Source of the DNA: the human T2T-CHM13v2.0 reference genome, Homo sapiens
Length of the DNA: 64,000 nt
Strand: one strand, 5' to 3'
NCBI RefSeq assembly: GCF_009914755.1
Contig: NC_060935.1
Both the position numbers and the translations under genes were made by a program. Shown here piece after piece: positions 26,431 to 40,224 of the stretch; the first letter of the stretch is position 1; the number at the start of each line of letters is the position of its first letter. The notes below the pieces were generated by a model. It did not search any database. It saw only the letters and a program-made list of their open reading frames with translations, and was not told where the DNA came from.

Positions 26431-26609
26431 CTTGAATGATTCCTTCTTTCAAAAATTCAACCCTCTCCAAATTTTGATGAAAACCTTTTCATCTCTGAGT
26501 AAGCACATTATTTCCCATCTTGATGAGGTGTGTCCCCTCTGTGTCCCTGAGAGTATGTCATCCCAGCCTTTTAAATTTTATTGTATTTTTTTATTTTTTA
26601 TTTTTTCAT

Positions 26610-27021
26610 ACTAGTCAAGTGCAGTAGTGAGAAGCGGGGAAAGAGTAGAACAAGGGGCCGGGGGCGGTGGCTCACATCTGTAATCCCAGCACTGTGGGAG
26701 GCTGAGGTGGGTGGATCATGAGGTCAGGAGATTGATACCATCCTGGCCAACATGATGAAACCCTGTGTCTACTAAAAATACAAAAATTAGCTGGGTGTGG
26801 TGGCACACGCCTGTAGTCCCAGCTACTCGGGAGGCTGAGGCAGGAGAATTGTTTGAACCCGGGAGGCAGAGGTTGCAGTTGAGCCGATATCATGCCACCG
26901 CACTCCAGCCTGGCAACAGAGCAAGACTCTGTCTAAAAAAAAAAAAAAGAGTAGAACAAGGAGTTTGATCTGTTACAGACTGAACTATCAATGGAGATAA
27001 CTCACTACCTTCGGACCAGCC
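26610..27021 (-). pseudogene. hY1 (RNY1) Y RNA retropseudogene, interrupted by an AluS
   Basis: The reverse strand reads GGCTGGTCCGAAGGTAGTGAGTTATCTC...CTCCTTGTTCTACTCTTTCCCC...CACTACTGCACTTGACTAGT (hY1). A-rich tail at 26576-26606. TSD tcatcccag(c/t)cttttaa at 26558-26574 and 27022-27038. Confidence 0.93.
26656..26948 (+). mobile_element. Alu (AluSc-like) inserted in the Y1 pseudogene
   Basis: Alu consensus, poly(A), TSD aaagagtagaacaagg (Y1-derived) on both sides. Confidence 0.94.
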
Positions 27022-27145
27022 TCATCCCAGTCTTTTAAGCCTGGTCCAGAATTCCTAATCCTGCTTGTCAGGCCCTTCAAAGTGAAATGCTGTACCATCT
27101 GTATAGCTGGATTCTCACCTCCTACCTCTCCTCTCCCTTCCAAAG

Positions 27146-27200
27146 GTTCCGATGTCATAGGAATCTACGCTAGAGGGCTTCCTGTGTGCCGGGCACTGTG
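27146..27200 (+). other. BMAL1: BMAL1 non-coding 5'UTR exon (55 nt), probable cassette, 3' part MIR-derived
   Basis: Polypyrimidine acceptor cctctcctctcccttccaaag| and donor GTG|gtaagc. GTTCCGATGTCATAGG...GGCACTGTG matches the recalled mRNA 5'UTR between the flanking UTR exons. Confidence 0.82.
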
Positions 27201-27295
27201 GTAAGCACTTCACATGCATTCTCTCTAATCCTTACCACTTCGGGGATGTAAGGATTATAATCTTCTTTTTACAGATGAGGAAGCTGAAGCTTGCC
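27170..27295 (-). mobile_element. MIR (antisense) overlapping the UTR exon donor
   Basis: tgtgccgggcactgtggtaagcacttcacatgcatt...taatcctta...ttttacagatgaggaagctgaag is the MIR reverse complement. Confidence 0.85.
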
Positions 27296-27521
27296 ACTGC
27301 TTAGTAGTTAAGAGTATGGGCTTACAGCCAAACAGACCCTGGATTGATTCTCAACTAGCTGGGGACCTTGGGCATGCTACTTAATTTTTTTAACCTTTTT
27401 CACATTTAGAAGATAAAGATAATATATAGAGAGATAATATAGAAGATTATATAGGTATTATATATATATATCTTCTATATTATGAAGATAATACAGAGTT
27501 GTGATAAAAATTAAATGAAAT

Positions 27522-27985
<464 letters not shown>

Positions 27986-30900
27986 ATAAAAATTAAATGA
28001 AATAACATGTAATTTCCTAAGTACATTAAGTACGTGCCTACTATGCGCCGGACATTGTGCTGTCAGCAAATAATAGCTCATCGCAGATGCTGTTATCATC
28101 ATCATCATCCCAAAGCCACAGATTGAGTCTGTAGGTGAGGCCCTGCCTGGCTCCAAAGATTGTGTTTTTTTCTCCTGTTGCTCCCAAGTTCACCTGTCCC
28201 AAACTTTCTAGCCCCTAAGTTTGCTTCCTTGCGCTTTTCTGGTTGTGCCATTTGTCCCTGTCTGGGCAGTGGGCTCAAGCTAAGGCACAGCAGTTTTCCA
28301 GTCCCTTTGAGCTACTGACCTCTTTTCTGTCATTGACTGAACAGTTTCCGGTGGCTGAATCGTCTGTGTAAGAGCTTGGACAATTTTTTCTGATTGTTAC
28401 CATCATCGTGTTTACTGTGAAAGGGCTTCCTGTATAGTTGTTTGTGTTAGCAGCATTGTCTAAATGAAACAAGAGTGGCAACAGAAAGGGTTGGTGAGCA
28501 GTCCTAGTCTTTTGGGGTCACAGATCACTTTGTGAGTCTGAAGAAATTTATAGACTCTCTCAAAAAAATAAACGACAAGACAAATACAAGCCCAGCATTT
28601 TTCATGAGACGTTTTCCCTGAAGTCCACCCAGGGATCCCAGTTAACAATTTCTGATCTGGAAGGCTATGTGCTCTTTTGTCATTGTGCTACTCCACATTC
28701 ACAGCCATGAAGGGTGTCATGTTTCTGCAGGGTGTTTGTATTTAAGGGTTGTTGGGCAATTTGGCAACACCATACCTGTTTCATTGATACTATGTGCTAT
28801 TTGCATTTATTTCCCATATCTGAGATACGTATTCACACATGAGAACTGGCCTGGCCATTTTGATGAGATGTACCTGCTGATTTGCACATAAACACAAGCC
28901 ATGGCCTGCATCTAGAGGATCGACTGGAGAGGCTTTTTTTTGGCCCAAAACATCAGACTAGTAGGAATTTTATTATGAGTTATAGACTAAAAAGGGGGAT
29001 AAACTTAGCTTCAGCAGGGTTTAATATTCTCAATTCAGGTAAGTGTAAATCTCTACTTTTCATTTTAAACATTTTTGAAATTTCAGTCTTTAAAAAAATG
29101 CTTGTTTTATTTCCTTCCAAGTTTTAAGGTATGGGTTTGGGAGAAGGCAGATTCCAAACACTTTAACTCTTCGACCTCAGACTTGCTTATGAGCCTCTCT
29201 TTGGAACATTTCCAGTGAACCGTGGAGCAAGCCTGCCACATCCAGCAGCCGTAGGCATGATGATCACTGGTGCCGATGGCCCCTCCACTCCCTGCCTGGC
29301 TTTTGAGGCCCCGCAGAAAGAAAGGAACAGAATCCTTTCATAAGGAAGGCCCCAGAATCCTTTCTCCTGCTGTAGCTATGCTGCCAGTGTCCTCTGTAGA
29401 TGGAAATGGAACTTGGATTTTGGGTGCCAGAACTGAATTCATCACAGATAAGATTAGTTGATATAAAGCTGTTTCTGATGAGCAGTTTTTCCTCCAGAGT
29501 TTTCATTTTTGCTTTTTCTAAATTATACAAAATAATAGACACTCATTACAAAGGGAGGATCATAATGCTCCATACCTGGTTTTGAATTCCACTTCTATCA
29601 CTTATTAGATGCAGCCCTGGGCAAAACACACGCCCTCTCTGAGCCTTGATTTTTCTCATTGAATGGGAGATCTAATTATTTTACCTCATAATACTGCTGT
29701 AGGGATTGAAGGAGATTGGTATAAATAATGGTTTTCTGAGAGTCTGGTGTGTATTTGCTTTTTTTCAGTTAATATGAATTGAGTACCTACTAAGAGCTGG
29801 TCACTGTTCTAGTTGATATGGAACCAGTCAAGAGCAAGACAGAGAGGGTCTCCGCTCTCATGGTGCTCACATTCTAATCAGAGGAGGCACAAGAACACAA
29901 GATCACTTCAGTTATTAAGAAATTAGAACCCAGGGGTAGCATGAGAGTCACAGGAAGGGCCCCTTTACGTCGGATGGCCAGCAGAACCCTCCCTGAAGAG
30001 CTCAATGCTTTGTGACCCCCCCGGTCCCAAGTTTTCCAGGACTCCTACTTTTAAAAACACTGCCCCTCCAAGTATATAGGTCTCAATTTTGAGTTTGGAA
30101 AATCTGACCACATATTAGTTCTCTTGTTCATTAATGGGCTTCCCATTTAGAGAGTGAGTTCCTGGGGCAGGAGCCATGTCACAGGACCTTTTGAAGGTCT
30201 CAGGGCCAATATGGACGACACTTCTCTTGAACACTCACCCAGTTGGGCTGACATGAAAACCTCATGGTGGGAGGTGGGGGGTGATTAGTTTCCAGCCAGA
30301 GCCCATTTTGCTCCATTGCTGCTTTGAACATTCTGGTTTCTAAGGAGCTGGAAGTAGTTTCTCTCAGCGAGAATGTGGCACACTGTCATCTCTTGATTCT
30401 CTGCATGCAGTTCTTCAATGGCTTGTTGAGGCTGCGTGGAAGCCCAGAGGTCGGGGCAGTTCCAACTCACACACTGGCATTTGAACGGCAGAGCAGTAAG
30501 CCCTACACCTGACATAACTGCATTGCCTTCTTGGGGTACGGTACGGATTTTTAAATGACCATTTCAGCCTGCTGGGCTGGGCAACTGATCCAAACTGATG
30601 AGTCAGGAAGCCACTGAACAGAAAGGCAGGCTGCATCTGACTCACCTGTCATGTCGATAGTTGACCTCCTTTTGTTTGACCTTGATTTGCTCAGTGCAAT
30701 TAAAGATGCTGTTGTGAGTGCACTTCTGCTACCTGATTTAAATAAAGTCTAACATGTGACAGCTCAGGGTCTTAAATGCACACACGACTTAGGCAGACGG
30801 ACAGATGGGTGAGTGGTTAGCCTTTCACTTACCTCTGAATTGTAATTCTATCACAAGGAAAGGGCTTAATTTCAGGAACACGGAGTAATTATTTGAGACT

Positions 30901-33646
30901 AGATACAATGCCAAAGCAGCAGGCCTTGATTCCTTGCTACAGGGCAGCTTAATCAGGAAATGGCCTAGATGGCCGCCTTTCAAGTAGGTCCTTGCAGTAG
31001 CTTGGCAACAGGCACAGGGTCATAATTGGAAGAATTTGGCTGTGAGTGTCTGTGGGTGTTTACAGTGCACTATAGGGCAGGGCTTCTCTTATTTATAGAA
31101 TATTTTGAGCAACAAGCAGCAGAAGGCTGAAAAGCCACTAAAATCTCGATTTATTTTTAACAAATTCCATTTTTCTCCTCATCCCAGAAGGAGAACTGAG
31201 TTATTAAAAAACAGTTAAAAAATACATCATTGCAGAGCATGCCATATCTAATTATGGGGTTGCCAGCATCGGCCTGCAGCCACATTTCAAGGGCTTCGTA
31301 AATCAACCATCCATTCAATCTGTGAACTTATATGACTCCTGTTCTCCATTTAGATGTAGAGCGAAATTATTGGCAAGTGGGTGCTGATCAGAAAAAGTTC
31401 TTCCCTGTCTAAATTAGGAGATGGGAGGGATAAATATAGAATAGTATACTTATGTTCTCAAAAGGAGATAAAATCATTCTTCATTGTCCATTATACTTAG
31501 CTGCACAAACATCCATCCCATTGCACTAAATAGCCACTTTAGAGTTTTCACACATTGCAATGGCAGTTCTGTGCCACTCAAAGGCGCAGTATTGTGATAT
31601 CTCACTGAGCCTAACCCTGAGTGATTATTGCTCACGTAGTCATGAAGAGACATAAACCCAGTGCTTTTTTGCCTGTGTTGTCGTAGTGTACTAGAGCTAC
31701 AAGGTGGGCCTTCAGAGAGACACTAGTTTTAAGTATATCTCATTGTAGGTGGGGAAGCAGAGGCCTAGGCAAGGGAGTGACTTGCCTAGGGTCCCATTAA
31801 GAGTCATGGCAGAGGTGGGCTGGGGCGGCAGTCTCTGTGCTTCTCTTGACAGTGCCCTGCTGTGCTCACTGGAGCTACTGTATTAAACAGATACCCTTCA
31901 GGGGTTCACAGTCTTAGAAGACACAGGCACGAAGATGGCCAAACAATCAGCCCATGCATAAGCAGACCAAGATATGTGTATATAACAGATTAGTTGAGTG
32001 GTAGAGAAAATGAGAGTGGGGAATTTTGGAATCTATTTGGATAGCAAAGCAAAGGTAACATCAGTTGCTCTCTGACCCACTTGGGAAAAGCTTATAGAGA
32101 TGCTATGAAGTTTTCTAATGGAAAAAGGTGCAGTACATTTGCCATGTGTTAGTGGGAAGGTAAGTATGATGCAGTGGTGGGTGGTAGGAGGCAGTGAAGA
32201 TAAGTATTGCAACTTTGGAGGAGCCCTGGGAATGGATTGTTGAGGTGATTTCATAGGAATACGAAAGGGAGCATAGGACCAGGGCACAGGCCAGAGACAG
32301 GCAATCCCAAGTTCCCTGGAGTACCCTGCCCTTTTCTGGGAAAGCAAGTGGGTGGCATGAGTGCTATGTTCCCAATGCTCTGGCCCCACCCCTGGTAGAA
32401 GAATAATAACTGATCATGGTGGGTTTTTTCTGAGCCTCTGTATCTTTGAGTAGCATTCTGGTAGCCAATATCAGTGGACTGGTGCCAGCCTGTGTGGTGA
32501 ACCTCTATCTCTTTCTTGCCCTGGGCTGCATGTCAGGCACAGTGCCTAAGCCGGAGTGGGCTTTGGGGAGTTACTTCTCTTTCTGAGGCTGGAAGGGGCA
32601 GAGGGACGTAGGGAAAACTTTGCTAGGGAGGGCAAACTGTGAAAGCCTCTGGAGAAGTCACCTGTTGGGATACCAAAGGCCAGCGGTTTTAGAGGATGCG
32701 AAGAGGCCGGGCGGGGTTGGTCTGGGCCTAAACTAAGGCTGTAGCGGCTAGCATGGAGAGGAACAAGCGACGGGGAGTGATTACGGATGAGGAAGACGTA
32801 CTAGGATTTGGCTACAGACAGACAACCAACCAGAGAGTAAAAGACAGTGACATGCTAGGATGTGAACCACCTACTACAGAGAAGGTCAGAGGTGGGGAGG
32901 GAGGAATCAGGGCTGTGGGCAGATCCAGCAGCTGGGATCCAAAGCTGAAGCCCTTGGGTTATTGAATCCATTCTTTCTGAGAAGAGATGGTTGATCTTCC
33001 TGCCCAGGGAGTTCCTAGCCAGACTGGACAGTGGTTCTCAAACATGGTGCCAGGTGTTGTCAGATAGCAAACAATTAGTTTGTACACAGAATGTCCCCAA
33101 GGTCACCTACACATATTTGTTTTTCCTAATCTTTGATACCTACAGCCACTTACCTGCTTTCGAGTTCTCAGAGTTGAGAACATATAAATTTGCAGTAACA
33201 AGTGCACAGGAAATACTTGGAAAATGGCTGATGAGCTTTAGTTTGGAAATTTCATTTTTTTCTTGGATCTGGATTATAATTTCAGTACAAGCTAGCAATT
33301 TTTCTTGTTGGTAAAATAGTTTCTAGTTTTAAAATTATTTCTGTAGTTAATAAAGTTAACACTATTTCATGATGGAGGCTGCCCCAGCTCTGAACCAATT
33401 TTCAAAAGGCAGATTCTCCTCTTTCTCTCTCTTATTTCTTGCTCTTGAACATTTCACTGTGTTCTAGCAACTTTTCCTGTGTGTGACTCGGCCAGGAGAC
33501 TGACTTGAGTAAGATCCAGGTCAAGGGGTTGTGTGGGTGGGTCGGTGGTAAGGAGGTGCTGAAGAACACTAAAGCCTTTGCCTGAGAGGAGTCTGGGAAG
33601 TAGCCTGCGAACTGGAATGACCCCAGGCTTCCTGTCACGGTCATAG

Positions 33647-34048
<402 letters not shown>

Positions 34049-37000
34049 TAAGAAAATGTTGATAGCTTGTTGTCACAGCCCTGTCATTTTACACATTCCC
34101 TGAATTATTGTCTGGCACCAGCAGGTGTTCCAGAAACACTTTTGGTTCTTTGAGCCATTACTGGTCATTCCTGTCACCACTGCCACCACCAGATGTGGTT
34201 CTGAGAGCATTAAGTAAAAGTTTTGAAGGTTGTGTATGTTAAGACTGGTGCAAAGTCCATCCTCCTTCCTTCGGGCTGATCAGCCACACCCTGGCTATCA
34301 GCACTTATTTACTCATTTTCAAAGTGACAGAATGGTCCAGTGGGCAGGGGCATAAGGGGTCACTTCCTCTAACCACCCGCCAGTGCAGGAGGATCCCATC
34401 TGCGCAGTGGCTGCCCATGACAGGCAGTTCCCTAGCCCCAGTCGGACATCTCCGCACCAGGCATCCTGCTCCTGCTTTATGGACATCTTTGGCTCTTAAA
34501 AATCCTCCTTTATTCTGACCGCAGATCTGCCTTTTGGCAGTGTTTCCTTAGTGACCTAGTTCTGCTTTTTTGTGGCAACACAGAACAAAGGTCGGTAGGC
34601 ATGGCACAATTCCAGCTTAGAAGTTTGAAGGTAGTGCTCATGGACCCACATCCTTTCCCTCTCCACCCACTCTATCTCCCTCCACAAGGTTTATGTTCTC
34701 CAGTGCCTTCAGCCATTCTTTCTATGGCATGGCAGTCAGTATTAATCCCAGTAAAGGTAACATGTATCCAGAGAGTGCTTGCCATGGGCCAGGCACTGTT
34801 CTAAGCTCCGTACGTGAATTGTCTTATTTATGACTCAAAATCACCATATGAGGTGAGCCCTGTCATCATCCTCATTTTACCAATGAGGCAACTAAGGAAC
34901 GAGGGCTCACATCTTGTCCCGAGCCATGCAGTCAAGCAGCAGAGCAGAGATTTGGGGCTAGGCAGTGTGACTCCAGAGCCCGTGCTCTTAGTTGTGGTGC
35001 AAGACTATCTTACAGCCTTTCCTGCATAGTGCCAAAAATAAGCCCATGGTGCACTAGACTTGGGCTGGCCCTGCTTTAACTTATTTTGCAAGAAATCATT
35101 AGACAGGAGCCTTAGTTGAACCATTTTCTGTGAAACCTTCAGAGTTTGTTTTGACAGAACAGACTGCAGGGCAGAGGCATCTGCACTGTCCCCAACAAAT
35201 GGGTTCATCCTGTAGCTCTGCCAGGCCCCACAGGGTTCATGAAATGGTAGCTTTAGATCAAGGTGACAAATACAGGGCTCTTGATGTTTTTTTTTTTTTT
35301 CCTGAACATGGTGCCTGAGCAATAGGTTTCTTGTTTAAAGTGCTTAGTCATGGTTTTATGGCCAGAAAGTAGAAGGAGAGAGGTACCTAAGAATTGCAAA
35401 ACTGGGTCATCTCTTCAAGTGCCTAATCCAATATTCAGTCTCAGAGAACAACTCCAGCAGTTACGGGGGTGGAAGGATGTGATGACCACCTACCATCCAA
35501 AACTGGGATGTAGGTGCCAAATACACATTCTCCTGAAATGATCCCTGGTGCCTCTAGCCAGGCTCTTCCAGGAGTCTAGAGAAAGATGGCCCATGACTTC
35601 ATCCAGAGTCTTTGCTTCCTGTGCTCTGGGATGCCTGGGCTTTTCTGGCCACAGCCATACACTGACAGGGCCAGAAGGGCTGAGATGCTGGGATTGAACC
35701 ATCTTTCTCTTTGTGAGTTGCTTTCCAGATAGCACGCATTCCGGTCACTATTTTCCAGAGATTTAAGCAGCAAAGTGAGGGACCCTCGGGCATCGACTCA
35801 GAGACCTGGAGGGGAGCAGCTTGAAGCAATGTAAAAAGCACTGGATAAAATCTGGTTCTACCAAAAATAGGGCTATGAGAGTTACCTCACCTCCCTGAAA
35901 GGTAATATCTTTATCTGAAAAATGGGGATGATAATACTACTAACCTGGAAGATTGACAGGAGGATTAGATGAGATTCTGCATGGACATAACAGTCCTTGG
36001 CATGATGTCTAGCAGTGAAGAAACATAAATATGAGAATAATAACTTCCTTCTTCCTCCGCTGTCTATTCCTTCTCTTATTCTAGTCCTGTCTGCTGTTGG
36101 GTTTTGTCTGTTGTTTTGGGTAAATAGCTAACCTCTCTGCCTCTTTTTGTCTGTAGAAATGCTACTGGTTCTGAATGGGTACTTCGCGCCCCCTATAGGA
36201 CATCGTGGGAATGTGTGTGGGTGATCTGGATGTCACAGTGACCCAGACGAGGCTTTTACTGGGGGAAGAGGGGAAGGCAGGGGTGCTAGATATAATGCTT
36301 GGGGAACAAAAGATTGCCCAACATCTGCATAGCTGCCTAATGCTCAGTGCATTCTTGTGGGCAAAACCCTGCTTAAAATTATCTGGGCCTAGAATCTGAC
36401 TCCAATTAACACATAAACACAAATAATTTTTGCATGTTTTTAATATATACTGAATTTTCTGCGAACACAGCTACCAAGTATATAAGATTTACCTATTTGT
36501 TATGAATAGGTGCAAGCATTTCATATATCTTTCATGATGTTTTCTGGTGTAGCGGTGCCCCAATACTTACATATTGATTTACATGTTGTCTTATTTTTAA
36601 CTATATTTCCTTTCTTCTTTGTATTACAGTTAGGGCATTATATTGATTATTTTTGGAATTATAAGTGTTGTAAGGTTATATTACTTACAGATTTCAAGAG
36701 AGCTAAAGACATATTTAAAATATTTTTATTGCATTTTTGACAATATGAAAGCAAGAGAGAGAGAGTGTGTGTGCGTGCATGCATGCACATGCTTACAAAT
36801 TAGCTAGAAAAATCCTAAGACAGACTTTAAATGAAAAGAAATGGTTTCATAGCTCCTAGAAATGTCCTTTTACATAAGGATATGTAGTAGAAGTCCAAAT
36901 TTTTAACTGCATTCATTGTCAGAGAAATGAGGTGTTTTGATGTTTCCCCTGTCCCTTTTAGAAAGTATATGATCCTAAAAGAGCCTGAAACAGTTTCCAT

Positions 37001-40000
37001 TGTCATATTTTTTCATTTTTGCAATCTCTATTTTTTTCACTCCTCCCACCTGTGCATATATATATTTAAAAGCGTCCCCATATAGACTTTTAAAGAAAGA
37101 AAAGCCAGCCAGGCTCCCCACTCTTTACTAAGTTTGTTTTGATTGTTTTGTGGCCTCTGCCTGCACCTCGGCCTGAGTCAGACTGACTCTGGGAGCTGTG
37201 GGCAGGTCCAAGGGAAAGTCAAGGAGGTAATGAGGCTTCTCGTGGGGGCAACTTGTAGGCCAAGTTGGGTGGGTTGAAGTCAGTCTACCAGAAGCTTCCT
37301 GCCTCAAGCCTGGGCCTCTACCTGTCCTGAAACCTGAGGGCTCTCCAGTTGGACCACGAGGGTCTGACATCCAGGAGGATCCCCAGGAGAGAGCAACCGT
37401 CACTAGGGAATATGCTGCCCAGCACTGACTGTACTGAGCAGCAGTGTTGTGTGCCTGTTGGGTTGATGCCATGGATAGCCAGGCGTTCAGAACTGAACAC
37501 GACACCTAAAAGGCAAACACGAACTGTGAATGTGCCAGTGTCAGATGCTGCCTTGGTGGTCATGTGTGGGCTGGCAGTAAGCTTTTGGTCCCTTAACACT
37601 CGCTGTTGGAAATTTCCCAAGGCTTTCATCTAGGGTAGCTGGTGTGTGATTTCCCTGTCCTTTGTTACTCCTATCTGGAAACTAGTTGAAATCTTTTCTA
37701 TGATATTGATATAGTTACAGAAAATCTGAATACTTACTACTAAGTTTTATAGTTCTGCTTAGTTCAAAGTAACACAACCTCATAAGAGAAAGTTTGAAAC
37801 AGGTAGAGAAATTGAAAGATGAAAATCACTACCCATTATCTCAGCCCACAAAGATAGCTACTATCAGCATTTTGGTTTGTTTCCTTTCAGTCCTTTCTGT
37901 GTTTATGAAATTTTATTATATAAATAATTCATGTCCAATATAGAAAAAGATGGAAAATTGAGAAATTATAACGTTAAAACAAAACTGACCCATCTCACCA
38001 GTTGGAGATGTCTTAATATTCTGGTGAATTTTTTTTTGTCTTTTTTCTATAGACACATAAGAAGACTGGGAAATATTGTGTATATACGTTTGTACCCTTT
38101 TTCACCAATGTATATCAATGTATATCAGTTCACTAATGAATACTAATTAAATGAAAATTTATTAAATGTATATCTATTTATATCTATTGATATATTAACA
38201 GATGCCAGTGCATATCTATTAAAAGAGTACTATGTAAGAGATGATGTTCTTAAACATAAAATTTAATTTAGGCATGAAATTACTTTGTCAAAAGATATAT
38301 CAGTTTATATTCAGATATACAGTGTACTGACCTGCCCATTTACCACATCTTCACTAATACTGGTATTATCTTTAAATAGAATCTTTGCTAATATGAGCAG
38401 TGAAAGTGGCATATTATCTATTAAATTTTGACGGTTATGAGATTGAGCATGTTTTTGTATACTTACTGGTCTTTGTGTTTCATCTTTTGGGGTTTCCTAT
38501 TCATAGTCTCTGCTTAGTTTTCCACTGAGGTATTTGCCTTTTTATTGATTTATAAGAGATTTTGTTTTGTTTTAACTCAGAAAAGGTAGTATTGCTTCAG
38601 TTGTCACAGAGCTTTGGAGTCAGACAGAGCTGGGTTTGAACCCTGGCTTTCCTACTTGTGAGCTGAGGGATTTCAGGCAATTTATCTGACCCCTCTCACA
38701 ATTAATTAGTTCTTCTTTGAGAACTAAACGAAACAACACTGACTAGCATGAAAAAAAAGCCTGGTGTGTGGTTTCTGCCAATAGTTTTTGTGTTGTTATT
38801 TTTGTTGTGATTCCTGCACTGAGTATTTTCTCAGAAAAATGACCTTGAGCTGTACGACTCATGCCTGTTCAGACCCACAGACACATGATACTCACTATAT
38901 CCAAAGCTCAGAAAAATGAAACTGAAATCACTGAAGTTTGTGGGTTTTTTTTTAAAATTCTTCTTGCCAGAAGGAGACAAATGAAGGAAAAAAAACAAGC
39001 CGATTTCATTTTCATTAAGAGGAATTTGTAGAGTTATTTCTGGGGTCAGGCAGGATACATTCAGACGAACATTTTAGATCTAGGGCTGGGAAGATCCCGA
39101 GACTCGTTATAGATTACATCATCTTCCTCCAAGTGCACTTGCCAGGCAAATGGACAAGTGCATTTTAGAAAGGTTTTCAGTTGTTCACGTTTAAACAGAA
39201 AGGATCACCTGGCTAACTTTTAGTTAACCCATTGAACAGATGTGCCATTCCCCCAGCCCATTGGTTATTCATGTCCTTGTTACTGGTTTTTGATATCCTT
39301 GCCCCGTAGGTGGGAGGAGGGATGGGTATGAGCCTGCCCTGCCCTCTTTCTCCTACTTGGGACAGAGCTGTTGCTTTTATTTGCTGAGTCACTGAAGCAA
39401 TAGAGCATGTGCAGAGTCCCAGCCTGGAGGTGGGCATATCTGGGTTCCAGTCCCTGCTCTAGCCCCTCTCAGCTGTGTGATCTTGGACAAGTTGCCATAC
39501 CTCTCTGAGCCTCAGTGTCATCTTCTATGTGATGTCGATGCCTCCCCCAAAAGGTCGTTACGAGGACCAAAGGAGACACGTCAGGGCAGGAACCATCCTA
39601 GGCACGTGTTTGATGCTCAGTAAACGGGACGTGGTCAGTGTTCAGAGTTGTGGGGGTGGCAGGTGACTGCTCTGTTTCACCTCCACTCACAGCAACAGGG
39701 CCTGTGGTGTCACCTAGACATCTCATAGGCATCCCACACTGAACATGTCCCAAACCAGCAGCTCCTCCCTGGATGGGTGGATGGTGTACAGGGACCTCTT
39801 CCTCCAGCTGTCACATGGGGCATGTACCTGGCAAGTGGCTTTGCAGCCCTAGCTGCCCCCTTGGCTGGGGGCCTTTGTGCAGTTCATGGACTGGGAGTCA
39901 CCCCCATGTCTAGACCGTCAGGAAACCCATTGGCTTTTCCTTTAGAGCATACCAAGAATCAACTTCTCAGAACATAGCAAGAGTTGACTTTTTGTCACCC

Positions 40001-40182
40001 TGCCGTGGCCACTCAGACTGACTCCTCTTACACCTCACATCCCATTGATCAGCACAGCCCCTGGAAATATGTCTAGAATCCAGCTGCTTCTCATCACCCC
40101 CACACCTAATACAGAGGGCTGAGTCATAGCATCTCTTCCCCGGACTGTTGTAGCCGTCTCCTAACTCAGCTTCCTGCCCTGC

Positions 40183-40186
<4 letters not shown>

Positions 40187-40222
<36 letters not shown>
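40187..40222. repeat. (AC)18 microsatellite
   Basis: Direct reading. Confidence 0.97.

Positions 40223-40224
<2 letters not shown>

Noticed and set aside
27013-27048. ggaccag/ctggtcc inverted match between the Y1 5' end and the flank beyond its TSD
   Set aside because: Only 7 bp, so it cannot be distinguished from chance.
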